In this document: positions 42,187 to 54,813 of the stretch, one piece after another
Numbering within the stretch: the stretch's first letter is position 1
How the letters are laid out: every line of letters begins with the position of its first letter
NCBI RefSeq assembly: GCF_000372725.1
Contig: NW_005202428.1
Location: forward strand, 310,001 to 365,145
DNA length: 55,145 bases
From: Emiliania huxleyi CCMP1516
Taxonomy: Eukaryota
Direction of reading: 5' to 3'
The notes under the pieces: generated by a model
What the model saw: the letters and a program-made list of their open reading frames with translations, nothing else
Told to the model about the DNA's origin: nothing
The model's database searches: none
Made by a program: the position numbers and the translations under genes

Positions 42187-45100
42187 CTACTCGCAAACAG
42201 GCAATCGTTCCGTCAGCGGGTTACAAAGCTCGCACATAGAAACAGCCAGAGGGGCGCTCACCGGCTGCTTCTCGTAAAGGTCCTTGACGGACACCGGCGG
42301 CTCGCCAATCGGGTGCAACGGCTCGCCCACCGCCTCGTCGATCTCTTCCATCAGTGCTCCCCACGAGCGCCCGTCCTCGTGCCCGCCCTGATCAGCGCGC
42401 GGGCTGTTAGTCACGAGCTTGCGCGGTGGGGATACTAGCACGCGCGAGCGAGCGCGCACCGGGTGGTTGGCGGGCGCGCTGTCCGACGACACGATGGCTA
42501 CAAACGAGCTGGCGTCGTTGCCGCCAACCTCGCAGAAGCCGTTGGGCGATGCCGGCGTGAACGGCTTTGCGACGGTCGCGAGAGGCGATGTCGGCCACGG
42601 GGAGTCGTTCCGCTGCGAGGAGAGAAGCGCGGCGGTGGCAGAGTACGAGGAGTGCGCAAACCCGGCTCCGAGGCAGAACAGTGCAAGGATGCCAAAGAGG
42701 CGGAGCAAGTTGTAGGACTTGGGCCACGGGAACCGGCCGGCGGCAGAGCCCTCGGGCGTGGTATTCGTGGTCGTCTCGACGTCGACCGTCGCGCCCTGAA
42801 CAAGAGGGCGCGAGACTGGCCGTGTGAGAGCGGCGAGCGAGGGAGGAGGCCGCATAAATGCAGGCGGCGCGCACCGAGTCTGCGGTCGGCGGCGTGGAGC
42901 CGCCGGTCACCTTGCCGGTGCCACCGAGGATGCCCTCGTTGCCGTCCGTTCCGAGCAGGGCCCCGAACCTGTTCTTGCCGCCGACCGGGGTGATGCTCTT
43001 GGTGCGGACGATCGGGGCGGACGCGCCCTTGCGCCCGTTCTTGCGGCGCGGGTTCGACGGGGTGGTCCAGTCGGCGATGCCCTGCGCGCGCGCAAACGGT
43101 GGGTGCGTCATAGTTGGGGCTCCGCGTGTGCACCGCAGCGTGCGAGGCGCACTGAAGAGGGGGGCTCCTCCGCTGGAAACTCCTTGATCGACGGCAGCGG
43201 CGCGCCGCCGGCGGTGACCGGCTTGAAAGCCGGCGCGTCTTCGGTGACCGGCTTGAGAGCCGGCGCTTCTTTGGTGCCGTTGGGGGACGTCGGCGGGTCA
43301 AGCTTGGACCAGAAAACGGCGTTCGGGCTCGGCTCGTGGGCGGAGAACATGGCCGTGGCCTTGCCCGAGTCGACCTTGTCCGCGGCGGGGTCCTTTTCCG
43401 CGGCCGGGTCCTTCTTGAGGGTGCTCTCGTCGAGGGAGGCCTCCGCGCCAGACTTGGCCTCGGGGACGCCCTTCACGACGTCATTCTTATCGCACGCCTT
43501 GAGGGGGAATGGGGAGCGTGCTTGAAGGAGAGGTGGAGATCTGCGACACGCGCACACACGCACCGCCTTGGCTCCGAGGGGCGGCGCGGAGAAGACGTCG
43601 GCCGGCATGATGCCGACCTTCCCTGCCGTCTTGTTCTCTGCCATGATGTTGATCGAGTTCACTCGTACCTATGAAGGGGGCGGTGGATTGGGTGGGGAGG
43701 TGCAGTGCCGGGGAGGGTGGGAGGTGGGTTGAAGCCGCATGACGGCGGCGGCGGCGGCGGTGGCGGCGGCGGTGTGGCGGGCGCCGGCGGCGAGGGCGGT
43801 GCCGTGGCGAGGGCGTGGAGACGAGGCCGGCAGCAACGGGCGGCGGCGACGGCGGGGGACGGGGCGGCTGGAGAGTGAGGTGCAATGCAGCCGCGCACGG
43901 CATAGGCTGGCCGATGGCAGCGAGGAAGGCAGGCAGGGCGGATGGGGGCGAGCCTCGTTGGCGACGCCGGCGGCGCAGTCCTTCTTCTCCGCCTTGGTCG
44001 GCGCCTTGTTCTTCTCATTCTTGGCCTCGTGCTGCGCCTGAGGCGCGCGGGCTTCGGTCATGAGCGAGGATGGCGCGTGTGAGGCGGCGGTGAGAGCGGC
44101 GGCGAGAGCGGCGGCGGCGAGGGCGGCGGCGGCGGCTTAAAGGCGGGGTCGGGAGGTGGCCAACCGAGCGGACAAGCGCCATGCAATCCACGGCAGGCTC
44201 GGCGACGGCGGACTTGGTGGCGGACTCCTCGGCGGCGGCGGACTTGGTGGCGGAGGACTCCTCGGCGACGGCGGACTTGGTGGCGGACTCCTCGGCGGCG
44301 GCGGACTTGGTGGCGGAGGACTCCTCGGCGGCGGCGGACTTGGTGGCGGACTCCTCGGCGGCGGACTTGGTGGCGGACTCCTCGGCGGCAGCAGACTTGT
44401 TGTCGGACTCCTCGGCGGCGGCGGACTTGGTGGCGGAGGACTCCTCGGCGGCGGCGGACTTGGTGGCGGAGGACTCCTCGGCTGCGGCAGACTTGGTGGC
44501 GGACTCCTCGGCGACGACGGCCTCCTCAGTGGCGGACTCCTCGGCGGCGGACTCCTCGGTGACTGCCTCCTCGGACTCCTCCTCGGTGGCGGACTTGGCG
44601 GCGGCCTCCTCGGTGGTCGCCTTCTTGGTGGCCGCCTCCTCGGCGGTCGCCTCCTCGGTGGCCGACTCGGCGTCCTCCTCGGCGGCGGCGGACTTGGCGG
44701 CGAGCTCCTCGGCGGCGGCGGACTTGATGCCGCACGCCTGGGTGAGGGGAGAACACGCAAGTGTGCGGAGACAGGGAGACCGTAGAGATGATGACAATCC
44801 TGGCGTGCGCACACTCACCTCGGCTCCGAGGTGCGACGGCGGCGACGACAAGTAGATCTCGTCCACATCGCCGTCGGGCTTGGCCGTGTCCACTGCGGGC
44901 TTGGGCGCGGCCTTGACGTCGTCCTTGACGCCGCACGCCTGTGGGCGAGAGCGGACGCAGCTGTTCGGAGACGGGGAGATTGCACGGAATGTGCTCGTGG
45001 CGTGCGCACACTCACCTCGGCTCCGAGGAGCGAAGGCGACAGCGACGTGATGCCGACAGGAGCCGTCGGCGCAGACTCGGACGGGACGTCATTGCCGTTG

Positions 45101-45733
45101 CCGATGACGTCATTGAGCGACGCGGGCTCGCTCTTGGACGAGATGCCGTCGTGCTTGCCTCCGGCAGAGTCGATGACGGACAAGGGCGGCGACGGAAGTG
45201 GCGGGCACGAGGTTTTGTCGACGGTGAACGTGAGGCGCCGAGAGGTCTCGGCGCCGGCGAACGATGCGCCTACCGACGCCGCAAACACGACGCCGACGTA
45301 CTCGAGCGAAACAGGCTTGCCCTCGGACGGGATGACGTCCTCGAGCCAAGCGGGCTCGCCCGACGGGATGACGGACGGGATGACGTCCTCGAGCGAAGCG
45401 GGCTTGCCCTCGGACGGGATGCCGGTGGCCTCGCCTCCGGCAGCGTTGACGGTCGTGTTGCAAGCCAGCGACGCCTGTGTCAGCCAGAAGGCCAGAGGAT
45501 ACGTCTTGCAGGTGGGAGCGCATTGTCACGTGCGCGAAAGCACAAGCCTGCTTGTCAGCAAGCGGCGGCGGCGGAGGAGAGAGCTTGAGCACGAGCTTGT
45601 CACCGGCGGCCGGCACCAGCTCGCGTTTGAGCTTGTCGAGCATGTTGATCGAGTTCCTGCAGCGCGCGGGGGTATGCACGCCAAAGAGAGTCGATAGATG
45701 CAGCTCATGAAGAAGGCTGTGTGACGGGTTCAT
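42187..45733 (-). CDS. Multi-exon low-complexity acidic protein with ([10 protein letters not shown])n repeats; may be the 5' part of the downstream gene
   Basis: Open exon-like blocks bounded by GT/GC-AG sites; its TAG at 42187-42189 is in frame with the downstream ORF. Confidence 0.4.
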
Positions 45734-45774
45734 GTGAAGGCTGTGTGAAGGACAACGTGTGGAAGTAAAGTGCT

Positions 45775-46040
45775 ACTGGTTGGAGTTACTGGAGACTGTG
45801 CAGAGCACCACTATTATTACTGGTCACTGGAGACTGTGCAGAGCACTCCTATTATGACTGGGGACTGGAGACAGTGCAGAGCCACTAGACTGTGCAGAGC
45901 ACCATTATTATTACTGATTACTGGAGACTGTGCAGAGCACTCCTATTGTGACTGAGGACTGGAGCCTGTGCAGAGTCCTGCTGCTGCTGGTTACTGGAGA
46001 CTGTGCAGAGCACTACTATTATTACTGGGGACTGGAGACT
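45775..46040. repeat. Degenerate ~35-bp minisatellite (ACTGGAGACTGTGCAGAGCAC...)
   Basis: About seven copies of GACTGTGCAGAG. Confidence 0.85.
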
Positions 46041-47436
46041 TGTGCGGAACACTCGGCGAACGGAGAGGTCAGCACCTACGGGATCATGACCATGTGAAAG
46101 AGGGTCAAAAACTGCTATGGAGATGTCCAGGGGGTATATGGGGTATATGGGGGTATATGGGCGTGTGTATGGGGGTATATGGGGAGGAAGGAGAATATCT
46201 CGAGGAATCTCCGAGAATGGGATCAATCGTCGCAATCTCCACCCCGCCGCCCCCCCTCCCCCAGCCCCCCCCCCCCCCCCCACACGCCCTCCCCTCCCCT
46301 TCGAGCCTCGCCTACACAGACAAAAAGAAATACGCGTGGGGGTTTGCTATGAAGGCAGAGGCCATGCTCAGAGAGAGAGAGAGAGAGAGAGGGTCGAGCC
46401 AGGTCACTGCCACACCTACGGGCAGCACGCCTCGGCGTTAGCATCGCGACGACCGGCACACTCTCTCGTGTCCTCGGCGCTAGGACTGGAGCCGGGCAGC
46501 GATTGGCAAGCGAGCGGGCTGCGTCGCTCTCTCGCCGGAAAAGAGTGGGGGCAATCGGGCGGGTTCGCTCAGGGTGGGGAACGAGCGGCAGCGGCCGCGT
46601 CTCGCGGCTCCCCGATGGCAGCAGCCTCACCTGCGAACGGGAGGTGGCAGGGATTGTGAGGCCGAGGGGGCGTAGCCGCTCGGGCGCCAAATCGAAGCGC
46701 ATCGCATGGTGGGAGCGGAGAGGGAGCGGCGGGTTGCGTGAGCAGGAGGCGTCGCGCCGCTCGGGCGTGCAGCTCCCCGCGGCCATATGTGCGTCGACGC
46801 GGCGGGGCAAGCGCGAGCGGAAGGCGAGGGTTGGACCTGTGGACCGTCGGCGAGTCGAGGGGAATGTGACGCGCGCTTTTGGATATCTACATGGAAGGAC
46901 ACCGACATAGCCAGCCGAACGCCCCGCCTCGATCAAAAAGAGCGCCTTCGGCACTACTCTCTCGAGGTCTCGCGGATCTTATAAATCAGCCGAACGGCCA
47001 AGGGCAACCCCGCAAGACTAACTACTAAAACAAACACGGGCGCGGGCAAGTACTAGCTAGGTAGAAAGGTGAAGAACAGCCAGGCTCGGACTGGACACTA
47101 GCTAGCCGGGTCGAACACTTTTTTTAACAAACACTGCCCAAACAAATAAATTCCCCCTTTGAGCTGAGAGGTTTGGGGATTCGCTCCGAGCGACGGTCCA
47201 ACGAGAATCGTCAAAATCAGGCAATCAAGAGACCGGTAGCCACCAGCATGTCGGTGCGTCTTTCTCATGCTCCCGCGCCCCCCCCAGCGCCCCCCGCGCC
47301 CGAACTAGAGAGAGAGATTTTTAGCAATACCAAACAATTTTGTTTGTTCCGAACTATGCACGGGCCCGGCTCGCCCGCTTGGGGATCCACCCGGCACATC
47401 CCCGCCCCCCACCTTCCGGCTTACCTGCCGTCAGTT

Positions 47437-47700
47437 AGGTAGGTAGGTAGAAAGGTGAAGAACAGCCAGGCTCGGACTGGACACCAACGCGGTATGAGTG
47501 GACGCTGGACAGATGATGACGACACGCACGAGCGATTGATTGATGGGAAGGCGAAACACAGTCCGACCAACGACTGGGACACCAACGCGGTATGGGTGGA
47601 CGCAGGACGGGCGATGACGGTCACACAGGAGCGACACACAGAACCACAAGACAAGACACTCAGCCAACAGGGTGGCTGCCACACATCCTGAGCGAACTTC
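47437..47700 (-). mobile_element. Retroelement-like 3' end with (ACCT)n tail, family C
   Basis: TAGGTAGAAAGGTGAAGAACAGCCAGGCTCGGACTGGACAC is repeated at about 47057; 47629-47692 resembles 48560-48626. Confidence 0.45.
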
Positions 47701-48067
47701 CCTAGTCACCCGCGGCCGGACTCCATCCGGCACGCGTCGCTGGGCGCTCAGAGCCGCGTCCCCTGCTCGCCACCCCGACGCCCAAGGCGCCCGAGCGAAC
47801 GACAGGCGGCACGCGAAGACTGGTTGCAATCCCGCCGACCGCCAGGCCGCGGGATGATGTGTGCGTGGTCATGTAGTGGGTCTCGGAAGCTCCCCTCTCG
47901 GGCTAGGAGTCAGCCCCTCTCCCTTGCCCTCGGAACAGTGTGTCCGAGTCGAGGCGTGTGCTTGCCGGTCCACGGCCGCGCGCGGTTGGCATTGTGACGA
48001 AGGTTGCGCAGGCCTAGTCTGGCCGATTTTTTGCGGTATCTTGATGTATCTCTCCATATCTGACCGT

Positions 48068-48562
48068 ATCCCGCCATATCCCGCCATATCCCGCCATATC
48101 CCGCCATATCCCGCCAGCCTCACGCCGTCGCAAGGGCCGCCCAAGCGCCTAAGCACCCTAAGCACCCCCCGCTTAGGCCGCTTAGGCGCTTAGGCGAGCG
48201 ACGGCCGGTCATATCCGCGTGTATCTCCCGGTATCCCGCCATATCCCGTTCCGAGAATACTTACGGAATACAAGGGGGGTGGCGAATACGTCAGAAGTAC
48301 GTACGGAGATACGAAATACAAGGGGGGTGACGAATACGTCAGAAGTACGTACGGAATTACGGAATACAAGGGGGGTAGCGAATACGTCAGAGGTTGTACG
48401 GAAATTCGGAATGCAACGGGGGCGAATACGTCAGAAGTAGTACGTAGGGGCGCAGCGGCGGGCAGACGCGTGGTTAGGCGCTCGGGCGGGCAACCGTGCG
48501 AGATGACCCGAGATGACCCGAGATGACCCGAGATGACCCGAGATGACCCGAGATGACCCGAG
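48068..48562. repeat. Satellite cluster: (ATCCCGCCAT)n, ~49-bp GAATACAAGGGGG...GAATACGTCAGA x4, (GAGATGACCC)n
   Basis: Tandem arrays read directly. Confidence 0.9.
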
Positions 48563-49333
48563 CGACACACAGACACAAACAAGCTCACAAGAAACACAGC
48601 CGGCGGGCTGCCACACACACCCTGAGTTGGCGTACACATAACCCGACTGAGTTGGCGTACAAACGATACCCGACAAGGGCGACGGGACCCCTGCCTCTAA
48701 GGCTGAGCGGAAGGGCTACTACGCACACGTCAACAAGGGACACATCCCAGACCTGATCCGCTTTGGCTCCACGACCACATGCTGGGAGTTCAAGTGCTAC
48801 GCTCCGTTCCTCCCCTCCGGCGCAAAGGGTAACGGCTCTGCCCGCTGCGGAGGCGCTGCCTCCCGTGCCGATGGGCACTTCATCGCGCTTGGCAACACTG
48901 AGGAGCACCTCTCCGTCGTCGTTCTCGGCCACCCCCAACGGGGTGACCCGGCCACGGAGGAGCAACTGGACCGTGTCAGCGGCGACGGATGGGTGGCAGC
49001 GAAGGACGGCGATTACGCTGACGCCCTCGCCAAGGGCCACGCGGTCATCCTCCTCGTGACCGAGTCGACCGGAGCATTCTCCGCCGACCTCGATCGCGTC
49101 CTCCGCCAGCTTGCGAGGACCGCACGCGCTAGTGGGTCCATTGACCACACGCCGTATGGTACCTCTCGCGCGTCCACCCGCTCACACTACACCTTCCACT
49201 CCGCCGCCATCTCCGCCGCCATCGTCACCGCCGACGCCCTCACCATTCAGAACTCGGCCGCCGCCCTCGGATTCGAGCTCACCCTCGACCCTCGCGATCT
49301 CGCCCGGCGCTCGTCGTCGGGTCGGCCGCCATT

Positions 49334-50087
49334 GGCTAGTTCCATTTCACTCTGACACGCTAATCTTGAAAACGTCCAACGGAGCTCCGTGTTGCTCCCA
49401 GCGCCCTCCCCCGCGCTTCCTGCGGCCATGGCCGATGATACTAGTATGAGAGGTCATCTGGCTACCGCGAGCGCGACTCAACTCGCCGACGTCGTCCGAT
49501 GATTGTGCCTCAAAGTCAGCCTCCGGAGGCTATCGTGGGGTCGAGCCGGCAGTAGCCGTGACATGTGGTTCCACCACCCCTCGTATGCTTTGCCTCTGAC
49601 CGCCACCGTTCCCAGGCTGCCAAATGGGATGGAAAGGAAGGCTCGGCGAGCGTATAGAAGCGTGCTCGACCTCGTCGTGGCAACCTGCACGGCAGCCCTG
49701 GTAGGCGCGATGAGCGTCGTGCCACCTGACCCGAGACGGGTCGCAGGCGTCGTACCGAGCGCGTCGAGACCGTGTCCTGATGTGATCTGCACGGGTGAGT
49801 CACGTCGGCGTCAAAGGAGCGACGTGCGACCTGTCAGAGCTTGATCTCCGATCTCAGCGGCGTCGAGTCGTCTCCGGCGCGCGACAAAGGTACATCCCCA
49901 GGACGCGCAGAGGCAGCTGCGACCCAGCGGAGTGGACGGTAACGCACCGCGCCACCTGCTGTGCGTTACCGTCCACTCGGCGGGGTCGCAGCTGCCTCTG
50001 GAAGGCACCGAGATGTACCTTTTTCGCGCAATGGTCAAAATCAAGGTTTTGTAACGCGAGCTGTGCCACAGTGAAATGGAACTAGCC
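49334..50087. mobile_element. 754-bp non-autonomous PIF/Harbinger-like element (MITE)
   Basis: 18-bp perfect TIR GGCTAGTTCCATTTCACT; 3-bp TSD ATT at 49331-49333 and 50088-50090. Confidence 0.85.
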
Positions 50088-50110
50088 ATTGCGGTCGGCG
50101 CCACCACCTC

Positions 50111-50314
50111 GAGAGAGAGAGAGAGCCTTTCGGGGCCCAGAGATAAAACTTCTGTGATGCCATGCGTGACCTAGTAGTGTCCCCAGCTATGGGCGTGTCC
50201 ACGTTGGAGCCAGGTGTGGTGTGGGCGCGAGAATAGCTCCGCCGTTCATGGAGGCAACCGATGCGAGTCGACTGGTGTGTGTCGTCGTGGTTTCGTATCA
50301 AGAATTCTCTCTCT
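50111..50314 (+). mobile_element. SINE-like family B copy with 12-bp TSD
   Basis: CGCCACCACCTC at 50099-50110 and 50315-50326; (GA)n at the left end and (TC)n at the right end. Confidence 0.85.
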
Positions 50315-53286
50315 CGCCACCACCTCCTCCCGCCCCCCCCGCAGCCACCGCCGCGCGGCCGCCAATGCGACCGACCCCACCCTCCTTCCCCGACCCCGCC
50401 CTAGACGCCCCCGACAGCGAAGCCCGCGCCGCGCGCGGCACCACCACCGACTCTACCTCCGACCCCAGGGCCTAGGCGGCCCGCCATATGAAATCTAGCC
50501 GTGTGTGCTGGCGTCCGGGTCCCAGCGGGTTTTCACGTAACAAGTACACACATAACTCCCTCACAGCCGACCTTCTGGTCGCACGCGGGTTCTTAAGGGT
50601 CGCACATGCCCGCCATGACGTCTTCCAACCGGCCGAACGCAGGCGGGAGCTTACCACGACCCCGACAACTCCGAGAATGACCCGCACGATAAAGTGCGCG
50701 CGGCGGCGCACTTTTTTCAGCAGGCTGTGACTGCAGCCCTGGCCACCCTGGCCTCCCTCGAGGGGTCGCCAGGACCCGCCGCGGCCCTGGCGCGGCCCAC
50801 GGGCGGCTTGATGCTCATCAACGCCGTTCACCCTGGTCGGCCTGGCCGGAAAATACGCCAGCCGCTCGGGTGCCGCCCGCCTCCTAGAGGCCGAACCACC
50901 AGTGCTGTGAGTATTGACGCCCTCCCTGCACCTCAGGCGCGGCCCTCGCCCCCGCCGCCGCCGTCGCCCCCTCTGCCGGCGCCTTCTCCGCCCTCGCCAC
51001 CCTCTCCCCCCTCCCCTTGGGCCCAGCCTCTGCCTCCCCGAGAGCGCGCACCGGCCGGGCACCGGCCGCGCTCTCGACTAGAGGGGGAGGGGCCAGCCGC
51101 GCTCTCCCCCTCCGCCGCCGCACGAGACTCGCCTGCAGCGGGGCGAGGGCAGAGGCGTGAGCTGATCATACCCGAGGGTGGGGGCTAGGTTGTTGATGCG
51201 AGGTTTGGCTGGTGCGGTTTAGATGGGCTGGGCGGGTGCGAGGCACGGGAGAGGCAGGGGGAGCCACATCACACCTGCTATTCTGCGAAGGTGGCGGCGA
51301 GGGGGGTGGTGACGGTGGTGGAGGTGAGGGCGGGGCGGCGGTAGAGAGGGCGGGCTGGGTGGCGGCGGGCTGGGTGGCGGCGGCGTCGGAGGCGGCGGCG
51401 GTGACGGCGGCGGTGGGGAGGGCGGCGGAGACAGAGGCGGAGGGCTTGGAGGCGGCGACTTTGACTTCTTCAGGTGCACTGGGCCTCTTCTGGTTCTCAT
51501 CTTCATCGCTAGACGGCGGCGACGGTGAGGGCAAGGCTGAGGGGGTGGAGGGCGCGGCGGCGAGAGGCGAGGGGAGGCGGCGGCGAAGAGCGTGGCGGCA
51601 GTGGCGTGTGCGACAACGGCGGCGAGGGTGGCGGCACCGCGCTGCGGCGGGCCAGCGCGCCCCGTGTCCTCCCCACGCCGCCTCCAAACCAACCCCCGTC
51701 ACACGCGGGATGAGAGGTGAGCGACTGCTCCGTGTAGGATGAGGGTGGGCCGCGGCGCGTCACCTGGCCTCACGCTCGTCCACATAGCCGGGCAAGCCGT
51801 GCGTCAGGCTGCACTCATGCAGTGCCGCGGCTCGGCAATTGCGGGGTTGAGTCGGCGGTCGGCCCTGCGGCCTCGCGCGCCGGCGTGCACGGGGCGCGCG
51901 ACGTGGGACGCGCGGCCGGCGGCGAGAGGCGGAGGAGGGCGCCGGGCGGGCGGAGGGGGAGGGCGAGGGGTGGCGGCCGAAGGGATGGATTGCTCGAGAC
52001 TCCTCTGGGGTGTGACTTGTTTGACCATGACCGCCCCCACATCGATACGAATAGGGGCTGTTCACAAAGGATCAAAAACGTGCGACCATGATTCACATCT
52101 CCATGATCGTCTGGGCTCTCTGCATGCTGCAGAGCGTGTCCGCATTCTCGCTCCCGACCCAAGCAGTGAGAACATGGTGTCCGCATTCATTACTCCGGAA
52201 ATTTTCGGCGAAGAAGAAGCGGGGGCACTGGCGGCACGCCTGGACCGGTCCAAACCAGATCATGTTCCGGGGATCATGTTCCGCTGAGGCGAGAGCAGCA
52301 GCCGACGTCCAATCTCTCTACTAGGGCAGCTGGCCGTGACAGCGTTTGTTGCAGTTTTTGGCGGGTTTTGCACCAGCCACCACAGACTTAGTTTTTGCAA
52401 CTAGTCAAAATGGGTTGAAATCGCTCAGACCTCAGTGTCATTCAACACTACTGTCTACTCTGGTGGGTCTTGTATTACACAGCGAATATTGACCGCATCG
52501 GCGCGCGGAGAGCATCTCCACTCTCGCGCCAAATACATGCGTGTTGCTGCGCGGCGCGCTCCTTCGGCGTGTGGCCGCGTTCCCGACAACGATCAGGCAT
52601 GCACAGGCTGTCATCACACATCAGCAGACTTTCGGGTCTCAGCCGGGTCTGTACGAGCAGCCATGCCGTGCCAGCTGCGCGGGACTCTCTGCGTCTCTCG
52701 GAGCCGTCGGATTGCATGCTGNNNNNNNNNNNNNNNNNNNNNNNNNNNNNNNNNNNNNNNNNNNNNNNNNNNNNNNNNNNNNNNNNNNNNNNNNNNNNNN
52801 NNNNNNNNNNNNNNNNNNNNNNNNNNNNNNNNNNNNNNNNNNNNNNNNNNNNNNNNNNNNNNNNNNNNNNNNNNNNNNNNNNNNNNNNNNNNNNNNNNNN
52901 NNNNNNNNNNNNNNNNNNNNNNNNNNNNNNNNNNNNNNNNNNNNNNNNNNNNNNNNNNNNNNNNNNNNNNNNNNNNNNNNNNNNNNNNNNNNNNNNNNNN
53001 NNNNNNNNNNNNNNNNNNNNNNNNNNNNNNNNNNNNNNNNNNNNNNNNNNNNNNNNNNNNNNNNNNNNNNNNNNNNNNNNNNNNNNNNNNNNNNNNNNNN
53101 NNNNNNNNNNNNNNNNNNNNNNNNNNNNNNNNNNNNNNNNNNNNNNNNNNNNNNNNNNNNNNNNNNNNNNNNNNNNNNNNNNNNNNNNNNNNNNNNNNNN
53201 NNNNNNNNNNNNNNNNNNNNNNNNNNNNNNNNCGACGGCTGAGGTGGAGGCGTGGGTGGGTCGGCCGCCCCCCTCCGCCGGTCTGC

Positions 53287-54813
53287 TCAGTCGAGGCCGA
53301 TGGCCTCGAGCCCCGCCACGAGGGCGATCGAGGCTGGAAACAGCGCGAGCACGACGAGACTCGTCCAGCCGCGGAGCACCCGCGCGCGCGCAAAGCCGGC
53401 GACGGTGACCTGAGGTCAGGTCGACTCCCTCCACACACGCACGAGGGTGGTGGGGCAAGGGCCAGGGCAGCCCCTCGCGACTCCCCGTCGAGAGACGGGC
53501 ACCCCACGGCGTCGAAGGTGCAAGGCCCAGTGCGCGTGGGTATGAGCGTGTGTGTGAGGGGCGAGGGGGTGGGGCTTGGAGGGTTGAGGTGGAGGGGAAT
53601 GGGTGAGAGGTGTGGTGAGGAAGGGGTGGTGGTGGGGTGTGGGTGTGTGTGGGGGGGTGGGGGGGGGGAGTGGCGACGGCGACCTCGACGACGAGGATGG
53701 CCAGCGTCTCGGCGGTGAAGTGCCAGGCGAGCCTATCGGGTGATCTCGTGTGATCTCGTGTGATCTCGTGTGATCTCGTGTGATCTGGGGTGATCTCGTG
53801 TGATCTGGGGTGATCTCGTGTGATCTGGGGTGATCTCGTGTGATCTGGGGTGATGTCGGGCGGCGAGGTGGCAGGCGAGCCGGTTGAACGCGACGAGCGC
53901 CATGAAAATGGCGAGGCAAAAGGTGTTGTTCATGCAGGCGGCCCCCTCGAGCGTGGAGAGGGAGATGGTGATTGAGCGGCGCGTCTTCTTGCGCGCGTAG
54001 TAGACCTACGCTCTCGTGTGATCTCGTGTGATCTCGTGTGATCTGGGGTGATGTCACACTCCTTGCGAAGTGTAGTAGACCTACGACGACCGAGTGAGGC
54101 GCCTCTTGGAGGCTGTCGGTCGGGCGGGGCGGGCGGGTCGCCCCACGGAGGCGAGAGACCGAGGCGAGCAGCTCGGAGGCGTTCGAGGCGAGCGGCGCGC
54201 AGATAAAAGAGATGTAGAAGGGCGGGACGCCCGTGCGCGCGCCTGTGCCGTACAGGAGTGAGTACGGCACGAGGAGAGGACTCGAGGGCTCTGGGAGGAC
54301 GGCCCCGTGCGCGAAGTGTCTAGGAAGTGTCTAGGAAGTGTCCAGGAAGTGTCCAGGAAGTGTCGAGGAAGTGTCTAGAGGAAGTGTCTAGGAAGCGCCG
54401 AGGTTCGAGAGCACCATCGGGTGTCTAGGAAGTGTCGAGGAAGTGTCGAGAGGAAGTGTCTAGGAAGCGCCGAGGTTCGAGAGCACGTCTACCATCGGGT
54501 CGGAGAAGAGGAGGACGAGCCCTGTCCCCACTGCCATCAGGAGGGCGGCGCGCCTAGTCACTTCCTAGACACTTCCTAGACACTTCCTAGACACCTCCTT
54601 GACCTCAGGAGTGTGGCGCACCTAGTCACTTCCTAGACACTTCCTAGACACTTCCTAGACACCTCCTTGACCTCAGGAGTGTGGCGCGCCTAGTCACTTC
54701 CTAGACACTTCCTAGACACTTCCTAGACACCTCCTTGACCTCAGGAGTGTGGCGCGCCGCTTGATGACGCGCTGCTGCTGGTGCCAGTCGAGGTGCGCGA
54801 CGTCCTCCGGCTC
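53287..54813 (-). CDS. NCL: NCL/EF-CAX-type Ca2+ exchanger, C-terminal exons (5' part not present in the scaffold)
   Basis: LVLLFSDPMVDVLSNLG, GVPPFYISFICAPLASNASEL, RKKTRRSITISLSTLEGAACMNNTFCLAIF, WHFTAETLAIL; last exon VTVAGF...AIGLD*. Confidence 0.85.
53410..53547 (-). mobile_element. SINE-like family A copy forming the 3' part of the last NCL intron
   Basis: Matches the 8935-9082 copy; tail GACCTGACCTCAG is the acceptor. Confidence 0.7.

Larger units (their letters stand above)
48672..50475 (+). mobile_element. C-terminal fragment of an RLE-type (CRE/R2/NeSL-like) non-LTR retrotransposon, interrupted by two insertions
   Basis: HIPDLI...WEFKC PD-(D/E)xK-like core and LLVTESTGAFS motif. 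Removing both insertions restores ...GRPPL|RSAPPP|PAPP...DPRA*. Confidence 0.65.

Noticed and set aside
30443..50314. 20-kb composite transposon bounded by ~190-bp inverted repeats
   Set aside because: The right copy has its own TSD and the outer flanks share none, so these are independent insertions.
50472..52330. Pro-rich and short signal-like ORFs
   Set aside because: Low complexity with no supportable gene model.
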